The notes under the pieces: generated by a model
Seen by the model: only the letters and a program-made list of their open reading frames with translations
What the model was told of the DNA's origin: nothing
The model's database searches: none
In this document: positions 8,892 through 18,366 of the stretch, one piece after another
How the letters are laid out: every line of letters starts with the position of its first letter
Position numbering within the stretch: the stretch's first letter is position 1
Source: Deltaproteobacteria bacterium
Lineage (GTDB): Bacteria > Desulfobacterota > GWC2-55-46
DNA: 64,000 nt
Direction: 5' to 3'
NCBI GenBank assembly: GCA_016212705.1
Contig: JACREU010000006.1
Coordinates: 25,030-89,029 of the forward strand
Program-made: the position numbers and the translations under genes

Positions 8892-9806
8892 TTAGACCGT
8901 CGGTCTGAATATGAAGTAGGCCGCGATGTGCAGGAACATTATAAAGAACATCAGTAGGGCGAGCGGTATATGTATCACATGCCAGTAGTTGAGGAGCTTT
9001 TGCGAGGTTTTCAGGAAGCTCCTTTTCCTTACGAGCGATGCCTTCTTTTTGAAGACCGAGATTATCTCGCGGCGCGCACTGCCCGGGAGGTTGTATTGGC
9101 TTTTGAGCTTCGATTTCAGCTCGAAGATACGGTACATGTTCCCGAAGTCGTTCCGGATGTAGAAAAAGAGCGCCTTTAAGGGATTCAGGTCCGTTGCCCC
9201 CGCGCCAGGCGCGATTATCTTCTCCAACATACCCGAGAGCTTGGCGTCCGGCAACATCTCTCCCAGGTCCTTGTCCAGCCCCTCGACCATGGAATCTATA
9301 TCGCCAGACTTGAGCTCCGTGCCGTTTATCGAGCGAGGTATCTGGACATAGATGTACCTGCCCAGTATGCCGAAGCACATCGTGGTGATCATCGCCCAGA
9401 AGCTCGTGGCCACTATGCCGTTGAGTTTGAAGGTGGTATGGAAAACGATAAGCGTGGGCCCCATGAGACCAAGAAATATATGGACGAGGAGCCATATCCT
9501 TAAGGAGCCGAGACGGTTTAAATGGTGCACCCTTTTTCGGAGGCTGTAGAGCATGAGAGAGCACATCATCGCGCCGCCCAGCCACCCCAGGGGGAGCCAT
9601 ATGCCACGGCTCGGCCTGTGCAGGGCCGGGAAAGAGATGAGGAGGCCGCTTCGATGTAACGCGCTCAGGATACTGTACGCGGGGTAATAATGTTGCGTCA
9701 GGCTCTCATAGCCCAGGATGACGATGGCCGTTGAAATTGGGACTATGAACAGCCACTTTACGATAGAGCCTTTTTTTGCCTTTTTGGAATCCGATTTTTT
9801 GTCCAT
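8892..9806 (-). CDS. integral membrane protein (about 5 TM), putative dihaem cytochrome-b-like electron carrier
   Basis: Start taken at MDKKSDSKK (ATG 9806). Two H-x13-H pairs lie in hydrophobic helices (HIFLGLMGPTLIVFH and HIPLALLMFFIMFLH). The stop is 4 nt before the 26-haem cytochrome gene. Confidence 0.7.
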   Translation of the reverse strand: MDKKSDSKKAKKGSIVKWLFIVPISTAIVILGYESLTQHYYPAYSILSALHRSGLLISFPALHRPSRGIWLPLGWLGGAMMCSLMLYSLRKRVHHLNRLGSLRIWLLVHIFLGLMGPTLIVFHTTFKLNGIVATSFWAMITTMCFGILGRYIYVQIPRSINGTELKSGDIDSMVEGLDKDLGEMLPDAKLSGMLEKIIAPGAGATDLNPLKALFFYIRNDFGNMYRIFELKSKLKSQYNLPGSARREIISVFKKKASLVRKRSFLKTSQKLLNYWHVIHIPLALLMFFIMFLHIAAYFIFRPTV

Positions 9807-9966
9807 GCCTCTTACCCTTCTACAACGTATAAACAACTTATATCAGCCTGAAGGTTAAGACTTTATTAAATCCTGGGATCCAAGACCCGAAGGGCTCGGC
9901 CCGCTTGCCTGCAATCGGCCCGGAAAAATCACAAGCCTTTGATATTTTTGCATTTTTGTGATTTTA

Positions 9967-10006
9967 CCCCCTTCCCCCTGATAGGGGAAGGATAGAGTGG
10001 GGGTGA
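9967..10006 (+). repeat. G-rich hairpin repeat family, copy A
   Basis: CCTTCCCCCT-GAT-AGGGGAAGG hairpin followed by TGGGGGTG. Same architecture as 60414-60450 and the reverse complement of 43329-43365. Confidence 0.55.
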
Positions 10007-10145
10007 AAAACTCCACTCTCCCGGAGTCTGCCGTCAAGAAAGGGGCGGGGCTTCGGGTCTAATAATTTTTTAATGGGCGCGGTAGTATTATGACTCCTGA
10101 AAACGACCCAGCCTGGCGTTCCGGCTGGTTAAAGAGAGGTGTTCC

Positions 10146-10844
10146 ATGGCGAAAAAATCTATCCTTATCATCTTTCTGCTGGCGATTTTTTTGACCGCGG
10201 CCGCAATGGCCGACGACCACCCCGAGCATAAGGGCGCGAACACCGAATCTGATACCAGGGCAAAAAACGATGTCTTGACAAAGATGGATAACAGCAAGTC
10301 CTACCTCAAATCAGCCGAGAAGATAGTTGCTCAAGGCGACAACAAGGAGGCGGCCGCGCTTTTGAAAAACGCGCAGCTTATGATGAAGGAGGGGATATTC
10401 CATTACGACTCCGGGCAGTTCACCTATTCGGTCGAAGATTTCATTGAGGTCGTCCAGTTAGCCACGCACGCTATGATACTCGTATCGAACGATCAGAACT
10501 GGGAGACGCGCGAGCTCGTGATGTATGAGGAATCCTTCCAGAGCGAGAAAAGGGAGACGGAGCGCAAGGAATCCACCATAAAGAAAAATATGGATGAGGC
10601 CGTTGTGTTCATCAACACGGCGGAGCGGATATTGAGGAGGTTCCCGGACGAGGGCGCGTTCAGGATGCTGGTCGAGGCCCAGGACTCGCTCATGGTCTCA
10701 AACGCCGCGCTCGAGGAGAACAACTATTACGGCTGTCTCGAGGAGCTCGACAAATCATATAAGCTGGCGACCAACGCCATCAGGGACGCATACAAGGCGC
10801 ATGGGATAAGCTTTGTGTTCAACCCGCAACCCGTGAGAAATTAG
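10146..10844 (+). CDS. secreted hypothetical protein (helical, Glu/Lys-rich)
   Basis: Signal peptide MAKKSILIIFLLAIFLTAAAMA; AGAGAGG ribosome-binding site. I do not recognise a family. Confidence 0.7.
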   Translation: MAKKSILIIFLLAIFLTAAAMADDHPEHKGANTESDTRAKNDVLTKMDNSKSYLKSAEKIVAQGDNKEAAALLKNAQLMMKEGIFHYDSGQFTYSVEDFIEVVQLATHAMILVSNDQNWETRELVMYEESFQSEKRETERKESTIKKNMDEAVVFINTAERILRRFPDEGAFRMLVEAQDSLMVSNAALEENNYYGCLEELDKSYKLATNAIRDAYKAHGISFVFNPQPVRN

Positions 10845-11152
10845 ATTAAGGCTTGAAAGGATTCTGATCGCATGCCACGGGGATATGAGTTGCTCGGGTT
10901 TTCTTTTGCTTAAATTTTACGACCCTCAAAGACAGGGGCGCTGAGGCAAAGGACTCGTGTTTGAAATTTTTTCGAGGCGCCCTTGTTCTTGATTAAAAAA
11001 CCGACCTGAACAGGCCGGCTCTAATGAGCCTTTTATATCAGGCGGCGTGCAAAGGCCATTAAGGATTTAAACGGCAGGCCGAGCCCACCCTTCCATACTG
11101 TTTCGCGGAATCACACCGCTACACTCAACCGTTAAAGACCTCCTCCCCCCCC

Positions 11153-12526
11153 CTACTCCTCCTCTTCCCCCTCTACACCCTCCCCCTTCGCCCTCTTGAG
11201 AATCCTATACAAGGTTTTTCTGTCTATGCCGAGTATCTCGGCGGCCATGTTCTGGTTGCCTCCGGTGTGCTTGAGTATCTGCTCGATGTAATCGATCTTT
11301 ATCTCCCCGAGCGTCCGGAGCGTACCGGGTCTCTCCTCGGCAAACCGCGCTTCCGCGCCGTGCAGCTCTGACGGGATGTCGGACGGCAGGAGGACCTTGT
11401 TTGAGGTAAGCGCCAGCGCCCTCTCTATCGCGTTCTCGAGCTCCCGGATGTTCCCCGGCCAGTTGAACCGGACGAGCGTGTCCATCGCCTCCTTCGATAT
11501 CCCGTGGACGTCCTTCTTCGTCTTGCTTATCGCCTTCTGGAAGAAGTGGTCGACGAGGAGAGGTATGTCCTCGGGGTGCTCGCGGAGCGGCGGCAGGGTT
11601 ATCGTAACGACGTGGAGCCTGTAGAAGAGGTCCTCCCTGAACTGCCGGGCCTTCACCATCGATAGGAGGTCCTTGTTGGTCGCGGCGAGGAACCTGACAG
11701 AGACCGGGATGTTCTGGTTCGCGCCGATCCTCCGTATCTCTCCCTTTTGAAGTACGCGGAGCAGTTTTACCTGCAGGTTCAGCGGCATGTCGCCTATCTC
11801 GTCCAAGAAACACGTCCCGCCGCTCGCCTCTTCAAGGAGCCCCTTCTTATCCGTGAGCGCGTTTGTAAAGGCCCCCTTCGCGTACCCGAATAGCTCGCTC
11901 TCAAGGAGGTTCTCAGGGAAGGCCGCGCAGTTCAGGACGATGTACGGCTCTTTGGAGCGCGGGCTGTTGTCGTGTATCGCCCTTGCTATGAGCTCCTTGC
12001 CCGTGCCGCTCTCTCCCTGGATGAGGACCGGTACTTCGCTGGCCGCGACGCGGGCGACTGTCTTGTATATCTCGAGCATCTTCGGGCTCGACCCGATGAT
12101 CGTCTTGAAGGCGAACCCCTCGGTCGCCGGCACGGCCGGCGCGTTCTTCTTAAGGAGCGCCTTCTGTTCGAGGCATCTCGCCACCTTCTGCTTTATGTCG
12201 TCCATCTTGAAGGGCTTTACGATATAGTCGTAGGCCCCGTTCTGTATCGCCTCTATCGCCGTCTCGAACGAGCCGAAGGCGGTTATGACTATGGTCATCG
12301 TGTCGCTGCTCATGCGCTTGAAGGCGTCGAGCACGTCGAGCCCTCCGAACTCAGGCATGCGCAGGTCCGTGATGACGAGGTCGAAGCGTTCAGCCTCGCC
12401 TTTCTTCACCGCCTCTTCGCCGCTTGTCGCGAGCTCGACCCGGTAACCCTCCCTGGAGAGCACCTCGGCGAGGAGCTCGGCGGCCACAAGGTCGTCGTCT
12501 ACTACGAGGATCGAATGCGCTTTCAT
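11153..12526 (-). CDS. sigma54-dependent response regulator (NtrC family)
   Basis: REC domain (DDD...DLRMP), AAA+ core (GESGTGKE, GAFTNA, ESELFGY), C-terminal Fis-type HTH. Confidence 0.92.
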   Translation of the reverse strand: MKAHSILVVDDDLVAAELLAEVLSREGYRVELATSGEEAVKKGEAERFDLVITDLRMPEFGGLDVLDAFKRMSSDTMTIVITAFGSFETAIEAIQNGAYDYIVKPFKMDDIKQKVARCLEQKALLKKNAPAVPATEGFAFKTIIGSSPKMLEIYKTVARVAASEVPVLIQGESGTGKELIARAIHDNSPRSKEPYIVLNCAAFPENLLESELFGYAKGAFTNALTDKKGLLEEASGGTCFLDEIGDMPLNLQVKLLRVLQKGEIRRIGANQNIPVSVRFLAATNKDLLSMVKARQFREDLFYRLHVVTITLPPLREHPEDIPLLVDHFFQKAISKTKKDVHGISKEAMDTLVRFNWPGNIRELENAIERALALTSNKVLLPSDIPSELHGAEARFAEERPGTLRTLGEIKIDYIEQILKHTGGNQNMAAEILGIDRKTLYRILKRAKGEGVEGEEEE

Positions 12527-14250
12527 ACCGTGATCTTCTCCAATGATGGCAGGAGCACCCTGAAGACGCTCCCTTTTTGCGGTTCGCTCTCGACCGTCAG
12601 AAAACCGTGGTACCCGGCGACTATCTCCTGCGAGATGGCGAGCCCGAGCCCCGTACCCTTGCCGTGGGCCTTTGTCGTGTAGAAGGGCTTGAAAATATCC
12701 TTGAGTAGCGCTTCCGGTATGCCCCTGCCGTTGTCCTCTATCGCGACCTCTGCCCAGTGGACCCTCCGGAGCCCTTCGGTCTTGAGGATAAGCCCCTCGG
12801 GGCTCGCGACCCTCCTCGTGGTAATCGTTATCGCACCGGCGCCGGGGAGCGCGTCTATGGCGTTATCGATGAGGTTAAGGCATACCTCTTCGAGTTTCGA
12901 CCTCGAACCGTAGACCAGCGGCAGGTCCGGCGCGAATGTCTTCGTGACCCTAATGCCCTTTGAAATAGTCTCCGGCATGACGAGTATGGAGAGGTCCTCG
13001 ATGACCTCGTTCAGGTCAACGAATCCCGGCCTCGACTCCGGCTGTCTCGTGGTATCGAGTATGTTCTGTATGCTCGTTATTATCCTCTCGACCTGGGACT
13101 GCATGATGGTAAGCCGCCTCAATGAGTCTTTCGCGAGCCCCGGCTCCTCCATGAGGAGCTGGAGATGCCCGGAGACGGAATGGAGGGGCGTGCCGAGCTC
13201 GTGGGCGACCGTCGCCGCGAGCTGGCCCACTGCCGCGAGCCTCCTCGAGTGGCCGAGCTTCTTCTGTATGTCGTAAATCGACTGGTTGGCGAGGACGAGG
13301 TCCTCGTTCCTTTTCAGGAGCTCCTCGGTCGCCTCCCGGACCCCGGTCTGCAGTTCGTCGTTCTGCCTGTTTATCTCCTTAAGCAGGAACTCCTTTTCTT
13401 CCGAGGACCGGCGGATGGTGTCGACCATCGAGTTGAAGTGCTCCGAGAGGAGCCCGAGCTCGTCGTTCGCCGTTGAGGCGACAGCGACCCTTAAGTTGCC
13501 CTCCTTTACCTCAGAGATTGCGGACAGGAGGTTCTGTATGGGCCTGTTGACCATCTGGTTCATGGACAGTATCAGGACCCCCGTGATGATCGCCACGGCG
13601 ATGAGCGCCACGGCGAGCGTCGTCTGTTTTTTCGAGGTGAGGAGCGTGTTCACCGCCTCGCTCGAGGCCTTTACCCCGGCCATGCCGATAATGAGTTCGC
13701 CGTACCTTACCGGCATGAGGACGCTCAGGTACTTGAAATCGTCCTCGGCCTCCTGCACGACGACGGGCCTGCCGTCCTTGACCTGGTTTATGTAATCGAG
13801 CGTCAGCTGTGTCTGTGCGGCCTGCCTCTTTATCTTCGAGAAGAACGGGGACAGGGTGCCGTCCTGCTCGAAGAGGACGATGTCTACCCGCGTTATATGG
13901 TTGGAGAGGTACAGGAGCTTTTCAAGCCCCTCGCCCAGGCCCGCCCTTATCCTGCCCCTCTTCGCCTCACTCAGGTCCGGGTCCGGGGAGGGCTTTGCGG
14001 CGTCCTCGGAGAGGACGTGGAAGGAGCCTAAGTACTCCATCTCCTCGACGCTCCTCTGGCGGAGCCTCTCTGCCCCATCGCCTGCGGCCGCTATCGAGGA
14101 CTCCACCTCCTTGACTATCTTGGCGGCGTCCTCGAGGAGCAGACCCTCCTGGTCCCTCTCCACCGCCCTTTGAGTGTAATAGGCGGCTACGAAGAGGACC
14201 AGCGCGAGCGTCGTTACTATGAGGATTACTATTTTTATCTTGATCCGCAT
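12523..14250 (-). CDS. sensor histidine kinase (2 TM, extracytoplasmic domain, HAMP, HisKA, HATPase)
   Basis: H-box HELGTPLHS, N/G boxes (DNAIDA, DNGRGI, GTGLGL), and a 4-nt overlap with the NtrC-type regulator gene. Confidence 0.9.
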   Translation of the reverse strand: MRIKIKIVILIVTTLALVLFVAAYYTQRAVERDQEGLLLEDAAKIVKEVESSIAAAGDGAERLRQRSVEEMEYLGSFHVLSEDAAKPSPDPDLSEAKRGRIRAGLGEGLEKLLYLSNHITRVDIVLFEQDGTLSPFFSKIKRQAAQTQLTLDYINQVKDGRPVVVQEAEDDFKYLSVLMPVRYGELIIGMAGVKASSEAVNTLLTSKKQTTLAVALIAVAIITGVLILSMNQMVNRPIQNLLSAISEVKEGNLRVAVASTANDELGLLSEHFNSMVDTIRRSSEEKEFLLKEINRQNDELQTGVREATEELLKRNEDLVLANQSIYDIQKKLGHSRRLAAVGQLAATVAHELGTPLHSVSGHLQLLMEEPGLAKDSLRRLTIMQSQVERIITSIQNILDTTRQPESRPGFVDLNEVIEDLSILVMPETISKGIRVTKTFAPDLPLVYGSRSKLEEVCLNLIDNAIDALPGAGAITITTRRVASPEGLILKTEGLRRVHWAEVAIEDNGRGIPEALLKDIFKPFYTTKAHGKGTGLGLAISQEIVAGYHGFLTVESEPQKGSVFRVLLPSLEKITV

Positions 14251-14444
14251 ATACGGAATTCAACGGGACGGCCGGGAAGTTTTGCCGGGGTTTTAAAGAA
14301 AACGCTTATTAAGGTTAAGAGATTATAGCTTGAGAAAACGCGCCAAGCCACTCTTTTTTTTGCGCTTTCAGAGGCGATAGCGGTTTTTTCTCATCAAAAC
14401 GCCCGGACGCGGCCTCCGGACATTAAAACCGATGCCGCTGAAAA

Positions 14445-14478
14445 CAAAAAGACCCCGCGCAGGGCGGGGTCTTTTTTA
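14445..14478. terminator. bidirectional intrinsic terminator
   Basis: AAAAAGACCCCGC-GCAGG-GCGGGGTCTTTTTT; 8-bp GC stem flanked by an A-run and a T-run; 33 nt past the stop of the GGDEF gene. Confidence 0.8.
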
Positions 14479-14510
14479 TTCATCACGGACGCTTCGACCG
14501 GTTTTTTACC

Positions 14511-16667
14511 TCAGCAAGCCTCTTTGAGCGCCTCCTCGATTACGACCATGTTCTTGCCCCTGTTCTTCGCCCTGTATAGGTTGTCGTCAGCGGCCTTTAT
14601 GAGGTCTTCCATCGTCCTTATCTCCTCGGACGGGAAGAACCCTATGCCGATCGATACGGTCACCTTCCGGCCGTTCATGCCTGAGAACATATTCTCTTCG
14701 ACCGCCTTCCTCACCTTCTCGGCGAGGACCACCATCCCGTCCGGCGGGCAATGAGTGACGAACCCCATGAACTCCTCGCCGCCGTAGCGCGCCCAGACGT
14801 CCGTAGTACGGGTCTTTGCCTTGAGTATGCCGGAGAGCTCGGCGAGTATCCTGTCCCCCTGCTGGTGCCCGAACGTGTCGTTTATGGACTTGAAGTTGTC
14901 TATGTCTATCATCATTACGGCGAGCTGGTGGCGGTAGCGCTTGGCCTTTGAAAACTCCGCCGAGAGCACGTCGAAGAGGTGTCTCCTGTTGTACAGCCCG
15001 GTCAGCGGGTCCGTGACCGAGAGCTTCTCAAGCTCCTTGTGGATGAGCGCGTTGTCGAGCGCGATCGCTATCTGGGCGACGAGATACTCTATGTGAAGCA
15101 CCTCATCGGGGTTATAGGGGTGCAGACTGCCGAGGACGAATACCCCCGAGAGCTTCTCCTTGCAGATCATGGGGAACCAGGCGAGCCCTGACGGCATTAT
15201 CTTCGTAAACCCCGTCTCTACCGAGAGGTTCGCGTCATTTATGCCCTCAAGGAGAACGGTCTTCCTTTCGAGCGCGCACTTTCCGGCGAGCCCCTCGCCG
15301 AAGTTCAAGGTCCTCACCTCTCCCTCGCCCGCGCCGAAGGAGGCGACGGGTTTCAATAACTCGTTAGCCTCGTCGTGTATGTAGACGGCCCCCATGTGCG
15401 AGTTCGTGAGCTCTATAGTGCGCCCGAGCGCCTTTCTGAGGAGCGCCTCCGGCTCGTTGCTCTGGATGAGTATCTTCGAGAGCTCGTTGAAGCGGTTGAG
15501 CCTTTTCTCCCGGAGCTGTATGGAGCCGAGCATCTGGTTGAACCCGTCGGCTATCTTTTCGAAGTCGTCACCTGTACTTACCTCCACCCTGACGTTCAGG
15601 TTCCCATTCGCGGTCTCGTCCATCGCGGAGGTGATGGCGCTTATGGGCTTTACCGTGTCCCGGTAGGAGAGGCCGGCGAATATGAGGCTGAATACGACCC
15701 CGAGGCAGGTGACGAGGAGTATGTTCTTCTTCATCTCCACGAGGTTGTGCCTTACCTCGGACCCGAATATGCCTACGGCGAGCGCGCCGACGACCTTTCC
15801 GTCGGCTCTTGTGAGCGGCTCGATGGCGAGGAACGCCTCAACCCCTTCAAGGAGTGTCGCCCCGGCGTACGGGACGTTACTCAGCACCTTCGCCCCTATG
15901 TCTTCGGGGAGCGCCGACATGGGGCCTAAGACGGGCCTTGAGACCGACGTAGAGGCTATTACGCGCGCCTCCCTCTCGGTGTCCGCGATTATGGCCGATG
16001 TCACGTTATAGTTCTCGTATATGGCCCTCGGCAGCCATTCGTACCCGTTAAGGAGTATACCGGTTACGAACGCGCCCGAAGACCTCCCGCCGTTTACAAC
16101 CGGGGTCACCGCTATCTGCATGAGGGCGCCGCCTTCGACCCCGGATGCGAGCTCCGCGCCCTCCTTTGCAAGGAAGTCCCTTGTAACCGTCTCCGTGGAG
16201 GTGACGGGCTCTGCCGAGGACAGCGCCCTTGCGACTATGCCGTTCACATCGAGGATGTCGCCGGTCCTGCCGTTCCTCCTCGCGATGACGCGCCCGTCCG
16301 GGCCGACGACGGCCCAAAGGTCGACGTAGCCCCTGGAGGCGGCGTACCCGTCAAGGAGCTTCTTTAGCCCGGCGGAATCCCGCCTCGCGACCGCCTCCCT
16401 TACGGCCTCCTCGGACCCTGCCTGCAACATGCCGAGCTTCATCTGCTCCATCCTCATCTGATAGAGGCGTAGCGCCCCCTTGAGGTTGGATTTGAGCGAA
16501 TCGACGGCCTCCCTGTCAGTCTCTCTTGAGAGGGTATGGGTGGCGTAATAATAGAAACCCCCGCCGAGGACCGTGATTATGAGGAGGAATGCAAGGAGGG
16601 TCTTGGTGGCTATCGACATGGGGACCCTCCAGCCCCCCAATTTGACCTTATAGACCTTTTCCGGCAT
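14511..16667 (-). CDS. diguanylate cyclase with periplasmic sensor domain, HAMP, GAF and GGDEF domains
   Basis: 718 aa. TM - ~280-aa extracytoplasmic region - TM - HAMP - GAF-like - GGDEF with intact RYGGEEF. AAGGAG ribosome-binding site before ATG 16667. Confidence 0.88.
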   Translation of the reverse strand: MPEKVYKVKLGGWRVPMSIATKTLLAFLLIITVLGGGFYYYATHTLSRETDREAVDSLKSNLKGALRLYQMRMEQMKLGMLQAGSEEAVREAVARRDSAGLKKLLDGYAASRGYVDLWAVVGPDGRVIARRNGRTGDILDVNGIVARALSSAEPVTSTETVTRDFLAKEGAELASGVEGGALMQIAVTPVVNGGRSSGAFVTGILLNGYEWLPRAIYENYNVTSAIIADTEREARVIASTSVSRPVLGPMSALPEDIGAKVLSNVPYAGATLLEGVEAFLAIEPLTRADGKVVGALAVGIFGSEVRHNLVEMKKNILLVTCLGVVFSLIFAGLSYRDTVKPISAITSAMDETANGNLNVRVEVSTGDDFEKIADGFNQMLGSIQLREKRLNRFNELSKILIQSNEPEALLRKALGRTIELTNSHMGAVYIHDEANELLKPVASFGAGEGEVRTLNFGEGLAGKCALERKTVLLEGINDANLSVETGFTKIMPSGLAWFPMICKEKLSGVFVLGSLHPYNPDEVLHIEYLVAQIAIALDNALIHKELEKLSVTDPLTGLYNRRHLFDVLSAEFSKAKRYRHQLAVMMIDIDNFKSINDTFGHQQGDRILAELSGILKAKTRTTDVWARYGGEEFMGFVTHCPPDGMVVLAEKVRKAVEENMFSGMNGRKVTVSIGIGFFPSEEIRTMEDLIKAADDNLYRAKNRGKNMVVIEEALKEAC

Positions 16668-16932
16668 AGACGCTCCTTGAGGCCTCGACCGAGGCCCTGA
16701 TCCTTCTACTTAAAATATCGGAAAAAACCGGCGTTGCTTGAATTTTTTTATTAAAAACAAGGCGTTAGCCGTCTTAAACTAAAGATTTATAGCAGGTCAG
16801 GGGGTTGAAGAAAAAAGAGGGGGTTTGGGGGTATTTTGATTTCAAGATAACCGTACTGTCGCAATGGACGATTTACTCCAGGGCTACGGAGGGGCTTAAA
16901 CGGCTGGCGCCGGGGCTTGATAAGGGGGCTGG

Positions 16933-18366
16933 TTACTGAGGCTTCGAGGCCTTGATATGGTGGAGGGCCTTCTTTGCGACTATCTCAGCGTACCTTACGC
17001 TGTCGCTTATGCCTATGCCGTGGTAGGCGGACCCGACGAGGTAGAACCCGGGGTACCCGGCGACCCGCTCATCTATCCAATCGATCCTCTCTTCGTGCCC
17101 TATGGTGTACTGCGGCATGGAGTTCATCCACCTGAATACGCGCGTAAGCACAGGCTCGGCGTCTATGCCCATGATGTCTTTTAATTCCTGCCTTACGGAC
17201 CTTATCATCTCCTCGTCGCTCGCGCCGAGGAGCGAGGAGTCCTTGGAGCCGCCGACGAAGCACCTTATGAGGACGGAGTCGTCAGGGGCGCGAAGGCTGA
17301 ACTTGACCGAGGTCCATGTCGCGGCCATTATCTTCCTCTTCTCGACCTTCGGGACGACGAACCCGAAGCCGTTCAGGGGGTGTTTTATGTCTTTTTTCCT
17401 GAATGCTATGGATACCGTCGCCGTGGAGACATAGGGGATGGTGAGGAGCTTACCCGGGAGATCCTTATCGAACTTTACAAGAGAGGCGGCGGCGTATGCG
17501 GGCGCGGCAATGACTACGGCGTCGGCGGCGATTTTCTCGTTGCCTTCGATCGTTATCTCATAGGCGTCCGCCTTGCGCTCGACCCCTGAGACGTTGACGC
17601 CGGTCGAGACGACGGTATCTTTCGAGGAGGAGACCTTCTCTTGCAGGGTATCTATGAGAGAGCCGAGGCCGTTCTTCAGGGTCATGAACATCGTGACCCT
17701 CTTCTTTGGCGCACCGGCCGCCGTCTTGTGGGTTTTCTTCAAAAGCTCCATCTTTTTCAGCATCCCCTTTATGAGGGAGCCGTAGTCCTCTTCGAGCTGG
17801 ACGAACTTCGGAAAACTCGCGCGGACCGACATCGTCTCAGGGTCCCCGGCGTGAACGCCCGCGACAAGCGGCTCGGCGATCTTCTCAAGCGCCTCGGCCC
17901 CGAGCCTCCTCCTTACGAAGTCGCCGAGGGACTCGTCCCCCTGCCCCTTCCTCTTCGGCACGAAGAGCTCCAGGGCCATCCTTATCTTTCCGGGGACGGA
18001 TATGAGGCTCGATGTGGCGAGCGGCAGTATCTTCGTGGGGACCATGAGGATAACGCCTTCCGGCAGGACGTGGAGCTTGCCGCGCGAGAGCACAAAGGTC
18101 TTCCTGTTCCGCTCGTTCGTCGGCAGGAGCTCGTCGCCGAGCCCCACCCTCTTGCAGAGCTCCATGGCCCAGGGTTTTTCGGAGAGGAAGCAGTCCGGGC
18201 CGCCCTCTATGAGGAAGCCGTCCGCGCGCTCTGTCCTGATGTTCCCGCCGAGCCTGTCCTTCCGCTCGATAAGCCTTATCTCGAATGGCGCGTCGGAGTG
18301 CTCCCGGAGGCTGTACGCGGTGGCGAGCCCGGCGATCCCGCCGCCTATTATGACGACCCTCTTCAC
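16933..18366 (-). CDS. hemY: protoporphyrinogen/coproporphyrinogen oxidase, HemY type (FAD-dependent)
   Basis: GTG start at 18366 overlaps the hemH stop (GTGA). VVIIGGGIAGLATAY FAD motif. The 82 upstream codons of the ORF model lie out of frame inside hemH. Confidence 0.88.
   Translation of the reverse strand: MKRVVIIGGGIAGLATAYSLREHSDAPFEIRLIERKDRLGGNIRTERADGFLIEGGPDCFLSEKPWAMELCKRVGLGDELLPTNERNRKTFVLSRGKLHVLPEGVILMVPTKILPLATSSLISVPGKIRMALELFVPKRKGQGDESLGDFVRRRLGAEALEKIAEPLVAGVHAGDPETMSVRASFPKFVQLEEDYGSLIKGMLKKMELLKKTHKTAAGAPKKRVTMFMTLKNGLGSLIDTLQEKVSSSKDTVVSTGVNVSGVERKADAYEITIEGNEKIAADAVVIAAPAYAAASLVKFDKDLPGKLLTIPYVSTATVSIAFRKKDIKHPLNGFGFVVPKVEKRKIMAATWTSVKFSLRAPDDSVLIRCFVGGSKDSSLLGASDEEMIRSVRQELKDIMGIDAEPVLTRVFRWMNSMPQYTIGHEERIDWIDERVAGYPGFYLVGSAYHGIGISDSVRYAEIVAKKALHHIKASKPQ

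Noticed and set aside
9883-10060. A 10-bp inverted repeat AGACCCGAAG / CTTCGGGTCT flanks a 158-bp segment, suggesting a MITE.
   Set aside because: A rough estimate suggests about a dozen 10-bp inverted repeats within 200 bp by chance in 64 kb. The similarity does not extend beyond the 10-mer. Only the internal G-rich hairpin (9967-10006) belongs to a recurring family.
10105-10135. A sigma54-like sequence CTGGCGTTCCGGCTGGTT upstream of the secreted protein gene.
   Set aside because: The -12 element is GG rather than GC and the spacing is imperfect. This is too weak to call without a computational scan.
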